Below are positions 23,201 through 38,200 of a stretch of 64,000 nt of DNA, in pieces; the stretch's first letter is position 1; the number at the start of each line of letters is the position of its first letter. A program made the translations under genes and the position numbers. The stretch is from Eledone cirrhosa (lineage: Eukaryota). The notes beneath the pieces were generated by a model. It saw only the letters and a list, made by a program, of their open reading frames with translations, was not told the origin of the DNA and did no database searches. The stretch lies in the NCBI GenBank assembly GCA_964016885.1, contig OZ024752.1:17546001-17610000 (forward strand), in the 5' to 3' direction.

Positions 23201-26200
23201 TCCACCATTCTAACTCCTTCTTATATGGTCTACAACTACACCATTCTAACTCCTTCTTATATGGTCTAAAACTCCACCATTCTAACTCCTTCTTATATGG
23301 TCTACAACTCCACCATTCTAACTCCTTCTTATATGGTGTACAGCTCCACCATTCTAACTGCTTCTTATATGGTCTACAACTCCACCATTCTAACTCCTTC
23401 TTATATGGTCTACAGCTCCACCATTCTAACTCCTTCTTATATGGTCTACAACTCTACCATTCTAACTCCTTCTTATACGGTCTACAACTCCACCATTCTA
23501 AATCCTTATTATATGGTCTACAACTCCACCATTCTAACTCCTTCTTATATGGTCTACAACTCCACCATTCTAACTCCTTCTTATATGGTCTACAACTCCA
23601 CCATTCTAATTCCTTCTTATATGGTCTACAACTCCACCATTCTAACTCATTCTTATATGGTCTACAACTCCACCATTCTAACTCATTCTTCTATGGTGTA
23701 CAACTCCACCATTCTAACTCCTTCTTATATGGTCTACAACTCCACCATTCTAACTCCTTCTTATATGGTCTACAACTCCACCATTCTAACTCCTTCTTAT
23801 ATGGTCTACAACTCCACCATTCTAATTCCTTCTTATATGGTCTACAACTCCACCATTCTAACTCCTTCTTATATGGTCTACAACTCCACCATTCTAATTC
23901 CTTCTGATATGGTCTACAACTCCACCATTCTAATTCCTTCTTATATGGTGTACAACTCCACCATTCTAACTCCTTCATATTTGGTCTACAACTCCACCAT
24001 TCTAACTCCTTCTCATATGGTGTACAACTCCACCATTCTAATTCCTTCTTATATGGTCTACAACTTCACCATTCTAACTCCTTCTTATATGGTGTACAAC
24101 TCCACCATTCTAATTCCTTCTTATATGGTCTACAACTCCACTATTCTAACTCCTTCTTATATGGTCTACAACTCCACCATTCTAATTCCTTCTTATATGG
24201 TCTACAACTCCACCATTCTAACTCCTTCATATATGGTCTACAACTCTACGATTCTAACTCCTTCTCATATGGTGTGCAACTCCACCATTCTAACTCCTTC
24301 TTATATGGTCTACAACTCCACCATTCTAATTCCTTCTTATATGGTCTACAACTCCACCATTCTAACTCCTTCTTATATGGTCTACAACTCCACCATTCTA
24401 ACTCCTTCTTATATGGTCTACAACTCCACCATTCTAACTCCTTCTTATATGGTGTACAACTCCACCATTCTAAGTCCTTCTTATATGGTGTACAACTCCA
24501 CCATTCTAACTCCTTCATATATGGTCTACAACTCCACCATTCTAACTCCTTCTTATATGGTGTACAACTCAACCATTCTAACTGCTTCTTATATGGTCTA
24601 CAACTCCACCATTCTAATTCCTTCTTATATGGTCTACAACTCCACCATTCTAATTCCTTCTTATATGGTCTACAACTCCACCATTCTAACGCCTTCTTAT
24701 ATGGTCTACAACTCCACCATGCTAACGCCTTCTTATATGGTGTACAACTCCACCATTCTAATTCCTTCTTATATGGTCTACAACTCCACCATTCTAACTC
24801 CTTCTTATATGGTCTACAACTCCACCATTCTAACTCCTTCTTATATGGTCTACAACTCCACCATTCTAATTCCTTCTTATATGGTCTACAACTCCACCAT
24901 TCTAATTCCTTCTTATATGGTCTACAACTCCACCATTCTAATTCCTTCTTATATGGTCTACAACTCCACCATTTTAACTCCTTCTTATATGGTCTACAAC
25001 TCCACCATTCTAACTCCTTCTTATATGGTCTACAACTGCACCATTCTAACTCCTTCTTATATGGTCTACAACTCCACCATTCTAACTCCTTCTTATATGG
25101 TGTACAACTCCACCATTCTAACTCCTTCTTATATGGTCTACAACTCCACCATTCTAACTCCTTCTTATATGGTGTACAACTCCACCATTCTAACTCCTTC
25201 TTATATGGTCTACAACTCCACCATTCTAACCCCTTCTTATATGGTCTACAACTCCCCCATTCTAATTCCTTCTTATATGGTCTACAACTACACTATTCTA
25301 ACTCCTTCTTATATGGTCTACAACTCCACCATTCTAATTCCTTCTTATATGGTCTACAACTCCACCATTCTAACTCCTTCATATATGGTCTACAACTCCA
25401 CCATTCTAACTCCTTCTTATATGGTCTACAACTCCACCATTCTAACTCCTTCTTATATGGTCTACAACTCCACCATTCTAACTCCTTCTTATATGGTGTA
25501 CAGCTCCACCATTCTAACTGCTTCTTATATGGTCTACAACTCCACCATTCTAACTCCTTCTTATATGGTCTACAGCTCCACCATTCTAACTCCTTCTTAT
25601 ATGGTCTACAACTCTACCATTCTAACTCATTCTTATATGGTCTACAACTCCACCATTCTAACTCCTTCTTATACGGTCTACAACTCCACCATTCTAAATC
25701 CTTATTATATGGTCTACAACTCCACCATTCTAACTCCTTCTTATATGGTCTACAACTCCACCATTCTAACTCCTTCTTATATGGTCTACAACTCCACCAT
25801 TCTAATTCCTTCTTATATGGTCTACAACTCCACCATTCTAACTCATTCTTATATGGTCTACAACTCCACCATTCTAACTCATTCTTCTATGGTGTACAAC
25901 TCCACCATTCTAACTCCTTCTTATATGGTCTACAACTCCACCATTCTAACTCCTTCTTATATGGTCTACAACTCCACCATTCTAACTCCTTCTTATATGG
26001 TCTACAACTCCACCATTCTAACTCCTTCTTATATGGTGTACAACTCCACCATTCTAATTCCTTCTTATATGGTCTACAACTCCACCATTCTAACTCCTTC
26101 TTATATGGTCTACAACTCCACCATTCTAATTCCTTCTTATATGGTCTACAACTCCACCATTCTAACTCCTTCTTATATGGTCTACAACTCCACCATTCTA

Positions 26201-29200
26201 ATTCCTTCTGATATGGTCTACAACTCCACCATTCTAATTCCTTCTTATATGGTGTACAACTCCACCATTCTAACTCCTTCATATTTGGTCTACAACTCCA
26301 CCATTCTAACTCCTTCTCATATGGTGTACAACTCCACCATTCTAATTCCTTCTTATATGGTCTACAACTCCACCATTCTAACTCCTTCATATATGGTCTA
26401 CAACTCCACCATTCTAACTCCTTCTTATATGGTCTACAACTCCACCATTCTAATTCCTTCTTATATGGTCTACAACTCCACCATTCTAATTCCTTCTTAT
26501 ATGGTCTACAACTCCACCATTCTAATTCCTTCTTATATGGTCTACAACTCCACCATTCTAACTCCTTCTTATATGGTCTACAACTCCACCATTCTAATTC
26601 CTTCTTATATGGTCTACAACTCCACCATTCTAATTCCTTCTTATATGGTGTACAACTCCACCATTCTAACTCCTTCATATTTGGTCTACAACTCCACCAT
26701 TCTAACTCCTTCTTATATGGTGTACAACTCCACCATTCTAACTCCTTCTTATATGGTCTACAACTCCACCATTCTAACTCCTTCTTATATGGACTACAAC
26801 TGCACCAATCTAACTCCTTCTTATATGGTGTACTACACCACCATTCTAACTCATTCTTATATGGTCTACAACTCCACCATTCTAACTCATTCTTCTATGG
26901 TGTACAACTCCACCATTCTAACTCCTTCTTATATGGTCTACAGCTCCACCATTCTAACTCCTTCTTATATGGTCTACAACTCCACCATTCTAACTCCTTC
27001 TTATATGGTCTACAACTCCACCATTCTAACTCCTTTTTATATGGTCTACAACTTCACCATTCTAACTCCTTCTTATATGGTGTACAACTCCACCATTCTA
27101 ATTCCTTCTTATATGGTCTACAACTCCACCATTCTAACTCCTTCTTATATGGTGTACAACTCCACTATTCTAACTCCTTCTTATATGGTCTACAACTCCA
27201 CCATTCTAACTCATTCTTATATGGTCTACAACTCCACCATTCTAACTCCTTCTTATATGGTCTACAACTTCACCATTCTAACTCCTTCTTATATGGTGTA
27301 CAACTCCACCATTCTAATTCCTTCTTATATGGTCTACAACTCCACCATTCTAACTCCTTCTTATATGGTGTACAACTCCACTATTCTAACTCCTTCTTAT
27401 ACGGTCTACAACTCCACCATTCTAAATCCTTATTATATGGTCTACAACTCCACCATTCTAACTCCTTCTTATATGGTCTACAACTCCACCATTCTAACTC
27501 CTTCTTATATGGTCTACAACTCCACCATTCTAATTCCTTCTTATATGGTCTACAACTCCACCATTCTAACTCATTCTTATATGGTCTACAACTCCACCAT
27601 TCTAACTCATTCTTCTATGGTGTACAACTCCACCATTCTAACTCCTTCTTATATGGTCTACAACTCCACCATTCTAACTCCTTCTTATATGGTCTACAAC
27701 TCCACCATTCTAACTCCTTCTTATATGGTCTACAACTCCACCATTCTAACTCCTTCTTATATGGTGTACAACTCCACCATTCTAATTCCTTCTTATATGG
27801 TCTACAACTCCACCATTCTAACTCCTTCTTATATGGTCTACAACTCCACCATTCTAATTCCTTCTTATATGGTCTACAACTCCACCATTCTAACTCCTTC
27901 TTATATGGTCTACAACTCCACCATTCTAATTCCTTCTGATATGGTCTACAACTCCACCATTCTAATTCCTTCTTATATGGTGTACAACTCCACCATTCTA
28001 ACTCCTTCATATTTGGTCTACAACTCCACCATTCTAACTCCTTCTCATATGGTGTACAACTCCACCATTCTAATTCCTTCTTATATGGTCTACAACTCCA
28101 CCATTCTAACTCCTTCATATATGGTCTACAACTCCACCATTCTAACTCCTTCTTATATGGTCTACAACTCCACCATTCTAATTCCTTCTTATATGGTCTA
28201 CAACTCCACCATTCTAATTCCTTCTTATATGGTCTACAACTCCACCATTCTAATTCCTTCTTATATGGTCTACAACTCCACCATTCTAACTCCTTCTTAT
28301 ATGGTCTACAACTCCACCATTCTAATTCCTTCTTATATGGTCTACAACTCCACCATTCTAATTCCTTCTTATATGGTGTACAACTCCACCATTCTAACTC
28401 CTTCATATTTGGTCTACAACTCCACAATTCTAACTCCTTCTCATATGGTGTACAACTCCACCATTCTAACTCCTTCTTATATGGTCTACAACTCCACCAT
28501 TCTAACTCCTTCTTATATGGACTACAACTGCACCATTCTAACTCCTTCTTATATGGTGTACTACACCACCATTCTAACTCATTCTTATATGGTCTACAAC
28601 TCCACCATTCTAACTCATTCTTCTATGGTGTACAACTCCACCATTCTAACTCCTTCTTATATGGTCTACAGCTCCACCATTCTAACTCCTTCTTATATGG
28701 TCTACAACTCCACCATTCTAACTCCTTCTTATATGGTCTACAACTCCACCATTCTAACTCCTTTTTATATGGTCTACAACTTCACCATTCTAACTCCTTC
28801 TTATATGGTGTACAACTCCACCATTCTAATTCCTTCTTATATGGTCTACAACTCCACCATTCTAACTCCTTCTTATATGGTGTACAACTCCACTATTCTA
28901 ACTCCTTCTTATATGGTCTACAACTCCACCATTCTAACTCATTCTTATATGGTCTACAACTCCACCATTCTAACTCATTCTTCTATGGTGTACAACTCCA
29001 CCATTCTAACTCCTTCTTATATGGTCTACAACTCCACCATTCTAACTCCTTCTTATATGGTCTACAACTCCACCATTCTAACTCCTTCTTATATGGTCTA
29101 CAACTCCACCATTCTAACTCCTTCTTATATGGTGTACAACTCCACCATTCTAATTCCTTCTTATATGGTCTACAACTCCACCATTCTAACTCCTTCTTAT

Positions 29201-32200
29201 ATGGTCTACAACTCCACCATTCTAATTCCTTCTTATATGGTCTACAACTCCACCATTCTAACTCCTTCTTATATGGTCTACAACTCCACCATTCTAATTC
29301 CTTCTGATATGGTCTACAACTCCACCATTCTAATTCCTTCTTATATGGTGTACAACTCCACCATTCTAACTCCTTCATATTTGGTCTACAACTCCACCAT
29401 TCTAACTCCTTCTCATATGGTGTACAACTCCACCATTCTAATTCCTTCTTATATGGTCTACAACTCCACCATTCTAACTCCTTCATATATGGTCTACAAC
29501 TCCACCATTCTAACTCCTTCTTATATGGTCTACAACTCCACCATTCTAATTCCTTCTTATATGGTCTACAACTCCACCATTCTAATTCCTTCTTATATGG
29601 TCTACAACTCCACCATTCTAATTCCTTCTTATATGGTCTACAACTCCACCATTCTAACTCCTTCTTATATGGTCTACAACTCCACCATTCTAATTCCTTC
29701 TTATATGGTCTACAACTCCACCATTCTAATTCCTTCTTATATGGTGTACAACTCCACCATTCTAACTCCTTCATATTTGGTCTACAACTCCACCATTTTA
29801 ACTCCTTCTCATATGGTGTACAACTCCACCATTCTAACTCCTTCTTATATGGTCTACAACTCCACCATTCTAACTCCTTCTTATATGGACTACAACTGCA
29901 CCATTCTAACTCCTTCTTATATGGTGTACTACACCACCATTCTAACTCATTCTTATATGGTCTACAACTCCACCATTCTAACTCATTCTTCTATGGTGTA
30001 CAACTCCACCATTCTAACTCCTTCTTATATGGTCTACAGCTCCACCATTCTAACTCCTTCTTATATGGTCTACAACTCCACCATTCTAACTCCTTCTTAT
30101 ATGGTCTACAACTCCACCATTCTAACTCCTTTTTATATGGTCTACAACTTCACCATTCTAACTCCTTCTTATATGGTGTACAACTCCACCATTCTAATTC
30201 CTTCTTATATGGTCTACAACTCCACCATTCTAACTCCTTCTTATATGGTGTACAACTCCACCATTCTAATTCCTTCTTATATGGTCTACAACTCCACTAT
30301 TCTAACTCCTTCTTATATGGTCTACAACTCCACCATTCTAATTCCTTCTTATATGGTCTACAACTCCACCATTCTAACTCCTTCATATATGGTCTACAAC
30401 TCTACGATTCTAACTCCTTCTCATATGGTGTGCAACTCCACCATTCTAACTCCTTCTTATATGGTCTACAACTCCACCATTCTAATTCCTTCTTATATGG
30501 TCTACAACTCCACCATTCTAACTCCTTCTTATATGGTCTACAACTCCACCATTCTAACTCCTTCTTATATGGTCTACAACTCCACCATTCTAACTCCTTC
30601 TTATATGGTGTACAACTCCACCATTCTAAGTCCTTCTTATATGGTGTACAACTCCACCATTCTAACTCCTTCATATATGGTCTACAACTCCACCATTCTA
30701 ACTCCTTCTTATATGGTGTACAACTCAACCATTCTAACTGCTTCTTATATGGTCTACAACTCCACCATTCTAACTCTTTCTTATATGGTCTACAACTCCA
30801 CCATTCTAACTCCATCTTATATGGTCTACAACTCCACCATTCTAAATCCTTCTTATATGGTCTACAACTCCACCATTCTAACTCCTTTTTATATGGTGTA
30901 CAACTCCACTATTCTAACTCCTTCATATGTGGTCTACAACTCCACCATTCTAACTCCTTTTTATATGGTGTACAACTCCACCATTCTAATTCCTTCTTAT
31001 ATGGTCTACAACTCCACCATTCTAACTCCTTCATATATGGTCTACAACTCCACCATTCTAACTCCTTCTTATATGGTCTACAACTCCACCATTCTAATTC
31101 CTTCTTATATGGTCTACAACTCCACCATTCTAATTCCTTCTTATATGGTCTACAACTCCACCATTCTAACGCCTTCTTATATGGTCTACAACTCCACCAT
31201 GCTAACGCCTTCTTATATGGTGTACAACTCCACCATTCTAATTCCTTCTTATATGGTCTACAACTCCACCATTCTAACTCCTTCTTATATGGTCTACAAC
31301 TCCACCATTCTAACTCCTTCTTATATGGTCTACAAATCCACCATTCTAATTCCTTCTTATATGGTCTACAACTCCACCATTCTAATTCCTTCTTATATGG
31401 TCTACAACTCCACCATTCTAATTCCTTCTTATATGGTCTACAACTCCACCATTTTAACTCCTTCTTATATGGTCTACAACTCCACCATTCTAACTCCTTC
31501 TTATATGGTCTACAACTGCACCATTCTAACTCCTTCTTATATGGTCTACAACTCCACCATTCTAACTCCTTCTTATATGGTGTACAACTCCACCATTCTA
31601 ACTCCTTCTTATATGGTCTACAACTCCACCATTCTAACTCCTTCTTATATGGTGTACAACTCCACCATTCTAACTCCTTCTTATATGGTCTACAACTCCA
31701 CCATTCTAACCCCTTCTTATATGGTCTACAACTCCCCCATTCTAATTCCTTCTTATATGGTCTACAACTACACTATTCTAACTCCTTCTTATATGGTCTA
31801 CAACTCCACCATTCTAATTCCTTCTTATATGGTCTACAACTCCACCATTCTAACTCCTTCATATATGGTCTACAACTCCACCATTCTAACTCCTTCTTAT
31901 ATGGTCTACAACTCCACCATTCTAACTCCTTCTTATATGGTCTACAACTCCACCATTCTAACTCCTTCTTATATGGTGTACAGCTCCACCATTCTAACTG
32001 CTTCTTATATGGTCTACAACTCCACCATTCTAACTCCTTCTTATATGGTCTACAGCTCCACCATTCTAACTCCTTCTTATATGGTCTACAACTCTACCAT
32101 TCTAACTCATTCTTATATGGTCTACAACTCCACCATTCTAACTCCTTCTTATACGGTCTACAACTCCACCATTCTAAATCCTTATTATATGGTCTACAAC

Positions 32201-35200
32201 TCCACCATTCTAACTCCTTCTTATATGGTCTACAACTCCACCATTCTAACTCCTTCTTATATGGTCTACAACTCCACCATTCTAATTCCTTCTTATATGG
32301 TCTACAACTCCACCATTCTAACTCATTCTTATATGGTCTACAACTCCACCATTCTAACTCATTCTTCTATGGTGTACAACTCCACCATTCTAACTCCTTC
32401 TTATATGGTCTACAACTCCACCATTCTAACTCCTTCTTATATGGTCTACAACTCCACCATTCTAACTCCTTCTTATATGGTCTACAACTCCACCATTCTA
32501 ACTCCTTCTTATATGGTGTACAACTCCACCATTCTAATTCCTTCTTATATGGTCTACAACTCCACCATTCTAACTCCTTCTTATATGGTCTACAACTCCA
32601 CCATTCTAATTCCTTCTTATATGGTCTACAACTCCACCATTCTAACTCCTTCTTATATGGTCTACAACTCCACCATTCTAATTCCTTCTGATATGGTCTA
32701 CAACTCCACCATTCTAATTCCTTCTTATATGGTGTACAACTCCACCATTCTAACTCCTTCATATTTGGTCTACAACTCCACCATTCTAACTCCTTCTCAT
32801 ATGGTGTACAACTCCACCATTCTAATTCCTTCTTATATGGTCTACAACTCCACCATTCTAACTCCTTCATATATGGTCTACAACTCCACCATTCTAACTC
32901 CTTCTTATATGGTCTACAACTCCACCATTCTAATTCCTTCTTATATGGTCTACAACTCCACCATTCTAATTCCTTCTTATATGGTCTACAACTCCACCAT
33001 TCTAATTCCTTCTTATATGGTCTACAACTCCACCATTCTAACTCCTTCTTATATGGTCTACAACTCCACCATTCTAATTCCTTCTTATATGGTCTACAAC
33101 TCCACCATTCTAATTCCTTCTTATATGGTGTACAACTCCACCATTCTAACTCCTTCATATTTGGTCTACAACTCCACCATTCTAACTCCTTCTCATATGG
33201 TGTACAACTCCACCATTCTAACTCCTTCTTATATGGTCTACAACTCCACCATTCTAACTCCTTCTTATATGGACTACAACTGCACCATTCTAACTCCTTC
33301 TTATATGGTGTACTACACCACCATTCTAACTCATTCTTATATGGTCTACAACTCCACCATTCTAACTCATTCTTCTATGGTGTACAACTCCACCATTCTA
33401 ACTCCTTCTTATATGGTCTACAGCTCCACCATTCTAACTCCTTCTTATATGGTCTACAACTCCACCATTCTAACTCCTTCTTATATGGTCTACAACTCCA
33501 CCATTCTAACTCCTTTTTATATGGTCTACAACTTCACCATTCTAACTCCTTCTTATATGGTGTACAACTCCACCATTCTAATTCCTTCTTATATGGTGTA
33601 CAACTCCACCATTCTAACTCCTTCTTATATGGTGTACAACTCCACCATTCTAATTCCTTCTTATATGGTCTACAACTCCACTATTCTAACTCCTTCTTAT
33701 ATGGTCTACAACTCCACCATTCTAATTCCTTCTTATATGGTCTACAACTCCACCATTCTAACTCCTTCATATATGGTCTACAACTCTACGATTCTAACTC
33801 CTTCTTATATGGTGTGCAACTCCACCATTCTAACTCCTTCTTATATGGTCTACAACTCCACCATTCTAATTCCTTCTTATATGGTCTACAACTCCACCAT
33901 TCTAACTCCTTCTTATATGGTCTACAACTCCACCATTCTAACTCCTTCTTATATGGTCTACAACTCCACCATTCTAACTCCTTCTTATATGGTGTACAAC
34001 TCCACCATTCTAAGTCCTTCTTATATGGTGTACAACTCCACCATTCTAACTCCTTCATATATGGTCTACAACTCCACCATTCTAACTCCTTCTTATATGG
34101 TGTACAACTCAACCATTCTAACTGCTTCTTATATGGTCTACAACTCCACCATTCTAACTCTTTCTTATATGGTCTACAACTCCACCATTCTAACTCCATC
34201 TTATATGGTCTACAACTCCACCATTCTAAATCCTTCTTATATGGTCTACAACTCCACCATTCTAATTCCTTCTTATATGGTCTACAACTCCACTATTCTA
34301 ACTCATTCTTATATGGTCTACAACTCCACCATTCTAATTCCTTCTTATATGGTCTACAACTCCACCATTCTAACTCCTTCTTATATGGTCTACAACTCCA
34401 CCATTCTAATTCCTCCTTATATGGTCTACAACTCCACCATTCTAATTCCTTCTTATATGGTGTACGACTCCACCATTCTAACTCCTTCATATGTGGTCTA
34501 CAACTCCACCATTCTAACTCCTTTTTATATGGTGTACAACTCCACCATTCTAACTCCTTCATATGTGGTCTACAACTCCACCATTCTAACTCCTTTTTAT
34601 ATGGTGTACAACTCCACCATTCTAATTCCTTCTTATATGGTCTACAACTCCACCATTCTAACTCCTTCATATATGGTCTACAACTCCACCATTCTAACTC
34701 CTTCTTATATGGTCTACAACTCCACCATTCTAATTCCTTCTTATATGGTCTACAACTCCACCATTCTAATTCCTTCTTATATGGTCTACAACTCCACCAT
34801 TCTAACGCCTTCTTATATGGTCTACAACTCCACCATGCTAACGCCTTCTTATATGGTGTACAACTCCACCATTCTAATTCCTTCTTATATGGTCTACAAC
34901 TCCACCATTCTAACTCCTTCTTATATGGTCTACAACTCCACCATTCTAACTCCTTCTTATATGGTCTACAACTCCACCATTCTAATTCCTTCTTATATGG
35001 TCTACAACTCCACCATTCTAATTCCTTCTTATATGGTCTACAACTCCACCATTCTAATTCCTTCTTATATGGTCTACAACTCCACCATTTTAACTCCTTC
35101 TTATATGGTCTACAACTCCACCATTCTAACGCCTTCTTATATGGTCTACAACTCCACCATGCTAACGCCTTCTTATATGGTGTACAACTCCACCATTCTA

Positions 35201-38200
35201 ATTCCTTCTTATATGGTCTACAACTCCACCATTCTAACTCCTTCTTATATGGTCTACAACTCCACCATTCTAACTCCTTCTTATATGGTCTACAACTCCA
35301 CCATTCTAATTCCTTCTTATATGGTCTACAACTCCACCATTCTAATTCCTTCTTATATGGTCTACAACTCCACCATTCTAATTCCTTCTTATATGGTCTA
35401 CAACTCCACCATTCTAACTCCTTCATATATGGTCTACAACTCCACCATTCTAACTCCTTCTTATATGGTCTACAACTCCACCATTCTATCTCCTTCTTAT
35501 ATGGTCTACAACTCCACCATGCTAACTCCTTCTTATATGGTCTACAACTCTACCATTCTAACTCATTCTTATATGTTCTACAACTCCACCATTCTAACTC
35601 CTTCTTATATGGTCTACAACTCCACCATTCTAACTCCTTCTTATATGGTCTACAACTCCACCATTCTAACTCCTTCTTATATGGTGTACAACTCCACCAT
35701 TCTAACTCCTTCTTATATGGTCTACAACTCCACCATTCTAACTCCTTCTTACATGGTCTACAACTCCACCATTCTAATTCCTTCATATATGGTGTACAAC
35801 TCCACCATTCTAACTCCTTCTTATATGGTCTACAACTCCACCATTCTAACTCATTCTTCTATGGTGAACAACTCCACCATTCTAACTTCTTCTTATATGG
35901 TCTACAACTCCACCATTCTAACTCCTTCTTATATGGTGTACAACTCCACCATTCTAACTCCTTCTTATATGGTCTACAACTCCACCATTCTAACTCCTTC
36001 TTATATGGTGTACAACTCCACCATTCTAACTCCTTCTTATATGGTCTACAACTCCACCATTCTAATTCCTTCTTATATGGTCTACAACTCCACCATTCTA
36101 ACTCCTTCATATATGGTCTACAACTCCACCATTCTAACTCCTTCTTATATGGTCTACAACTCCACCATTCTAATTCCTTCTTATATGGTCTACAACTCCA
36201 CCATTCTAATTCCTTCTTATATGGTCTACAACTCCACCATTCTAATTCCTTCTTATATGGTCTACAACTCCACCATTCTAACTCCTTCTTATATGGTCTA
36301 CAACTCCACCATTCTATCTCCTTCTTATATGGTCTACAACTCCACCATGCTAACTCCTTCTTATATGGTCTACAACTCTACCATTCTAACTCATTCTTAT
36401 ATGTTCTACAACTCCACCATTCTAACTCCTTCTTATATGGTCTACAACTCCACCATTCTAACTCCTTCTTATATGGTCTACAACTCCACCATTCTAACTC
36501 CTTCTTATATGGTCTACAACTCCACCATTCTAACTCCTTCTTATATGGTCTACAACTCCACCATTCTAACACCTTCTTATATGGTCTACAACTGAACCAT
36601 TCTAACTCCTTCTTATATGGTCTACAACTCCACCATTCTAACTCCTTCTTATATGGTGTACAACTCCACCATTCTAATTCCTTCTTATATGGTCTACAAC
36701 TCCACCATTCTAATTCCTTCTTATATGGTCTACAACTCCACCATTCTAACTCCTTCTTATATGGTGTACAACTCCACCATTCTAATTCCTTCTTATATGG
36801 TCTACAACTCCACCATTCTAACTCCTTCTTATATGGTCTACAACTCCCCCATTCTAATTCCTTCTTATATGGTCTACAACTACACTATTCTAACTCCTTC
36901 TTATATGGTCTACAACTCCACCATTCTAATTCCTTCTTATATGGTCTACAACTCCACCATTCTAACTCCTTCATATATAATCTACAACTCCACCATTCTA
37001 ACTCCTTCTTATATGGTCTACAACTCCACCATTCTATCTCATTCTTATATGGTCTACAACTCCACCATTCTAACTCCTTATATGGTCTACAACTCCACCA
37101 ATCTAACTCCGTCTTATATGGTGTACAACTGCACCATTCTAATTCCTTCATATATGGTCTACAACTCCACCATTCTAACTCCTTCTTATAGGGTGTACAA
37201 CTCCACCATTCTAACTCCTTCTTATATGGCCTACAACTCCACCATTCTAACTCTTTCATATATGGTCTACAACTGCACCATTCTAACTCCTTCTTATATT
37301 GTCTACAACTCCACCATTCTAACGCCTTCTTATATGGTCTACAACTCCACCATTCTAATTCCTTCTTATATGGTCTACAACTCCACCATTCTAACTCCTT
37401 CTTATATGGTCTACAACTCCACCATTCTAACTCCTTCTTATATGGTCTACAACTCCACCATTCTAACTCCTTCTTATATGGTGTACAACTCCACCATTCT
37501 AACTCCTTCTTATATGGTCTACAACTCCACCATTCTAACTCCTTCTTATATGGTCTACAACTACACCATTCTAACTCCTTCTTATATGGTCTACAACTCC
37601 ACCATTGTAACTCCTTCTTATATGGTCTACAACTCCACCATTCTAACTCCTTCTTATATGGTCTACAACTCCACCATTCTAATTCCTTCTTATATGGTCT
37701 ACAACTCCACCATTCTAATTCCTTCTTATATGGCCTACAACTCCGCCATTCTAATTCCTTCTTATATGGTCTACAACTCCACCATTCTAACTCCTTCTTA
37801 TATGGTCTACAACTCCACCATTCTAACTCCTTCTTATATGGTCTACAACCCCACCATTCTAACTCCTTCTTATATGGTGTACAACTCCACCATTCTAATT
37901 CCTTCTTATATGGTCTACAACTCCACCATTCTAATTCCTTCTTATATGGTCTACAACTCCACCATTCTAATTCCTTCATATATGGTCTAAAACTCCACCA
38001 TTCTAACTCCTTCTTATATGGTCTACAACTCCACCATTCTAACTCCTTCTTATATGGTGTACAGCTCCACCATTCTAACTGCTTCTTATATGGTCTACAA
38101 CTCCACCATTCTAACTCCTTCTTATATGGTCTACAGCTCCACCATTCTAACTCCTTCTTATATGGTCTACAACTCTACCATTCTAACTCATTCTTATATG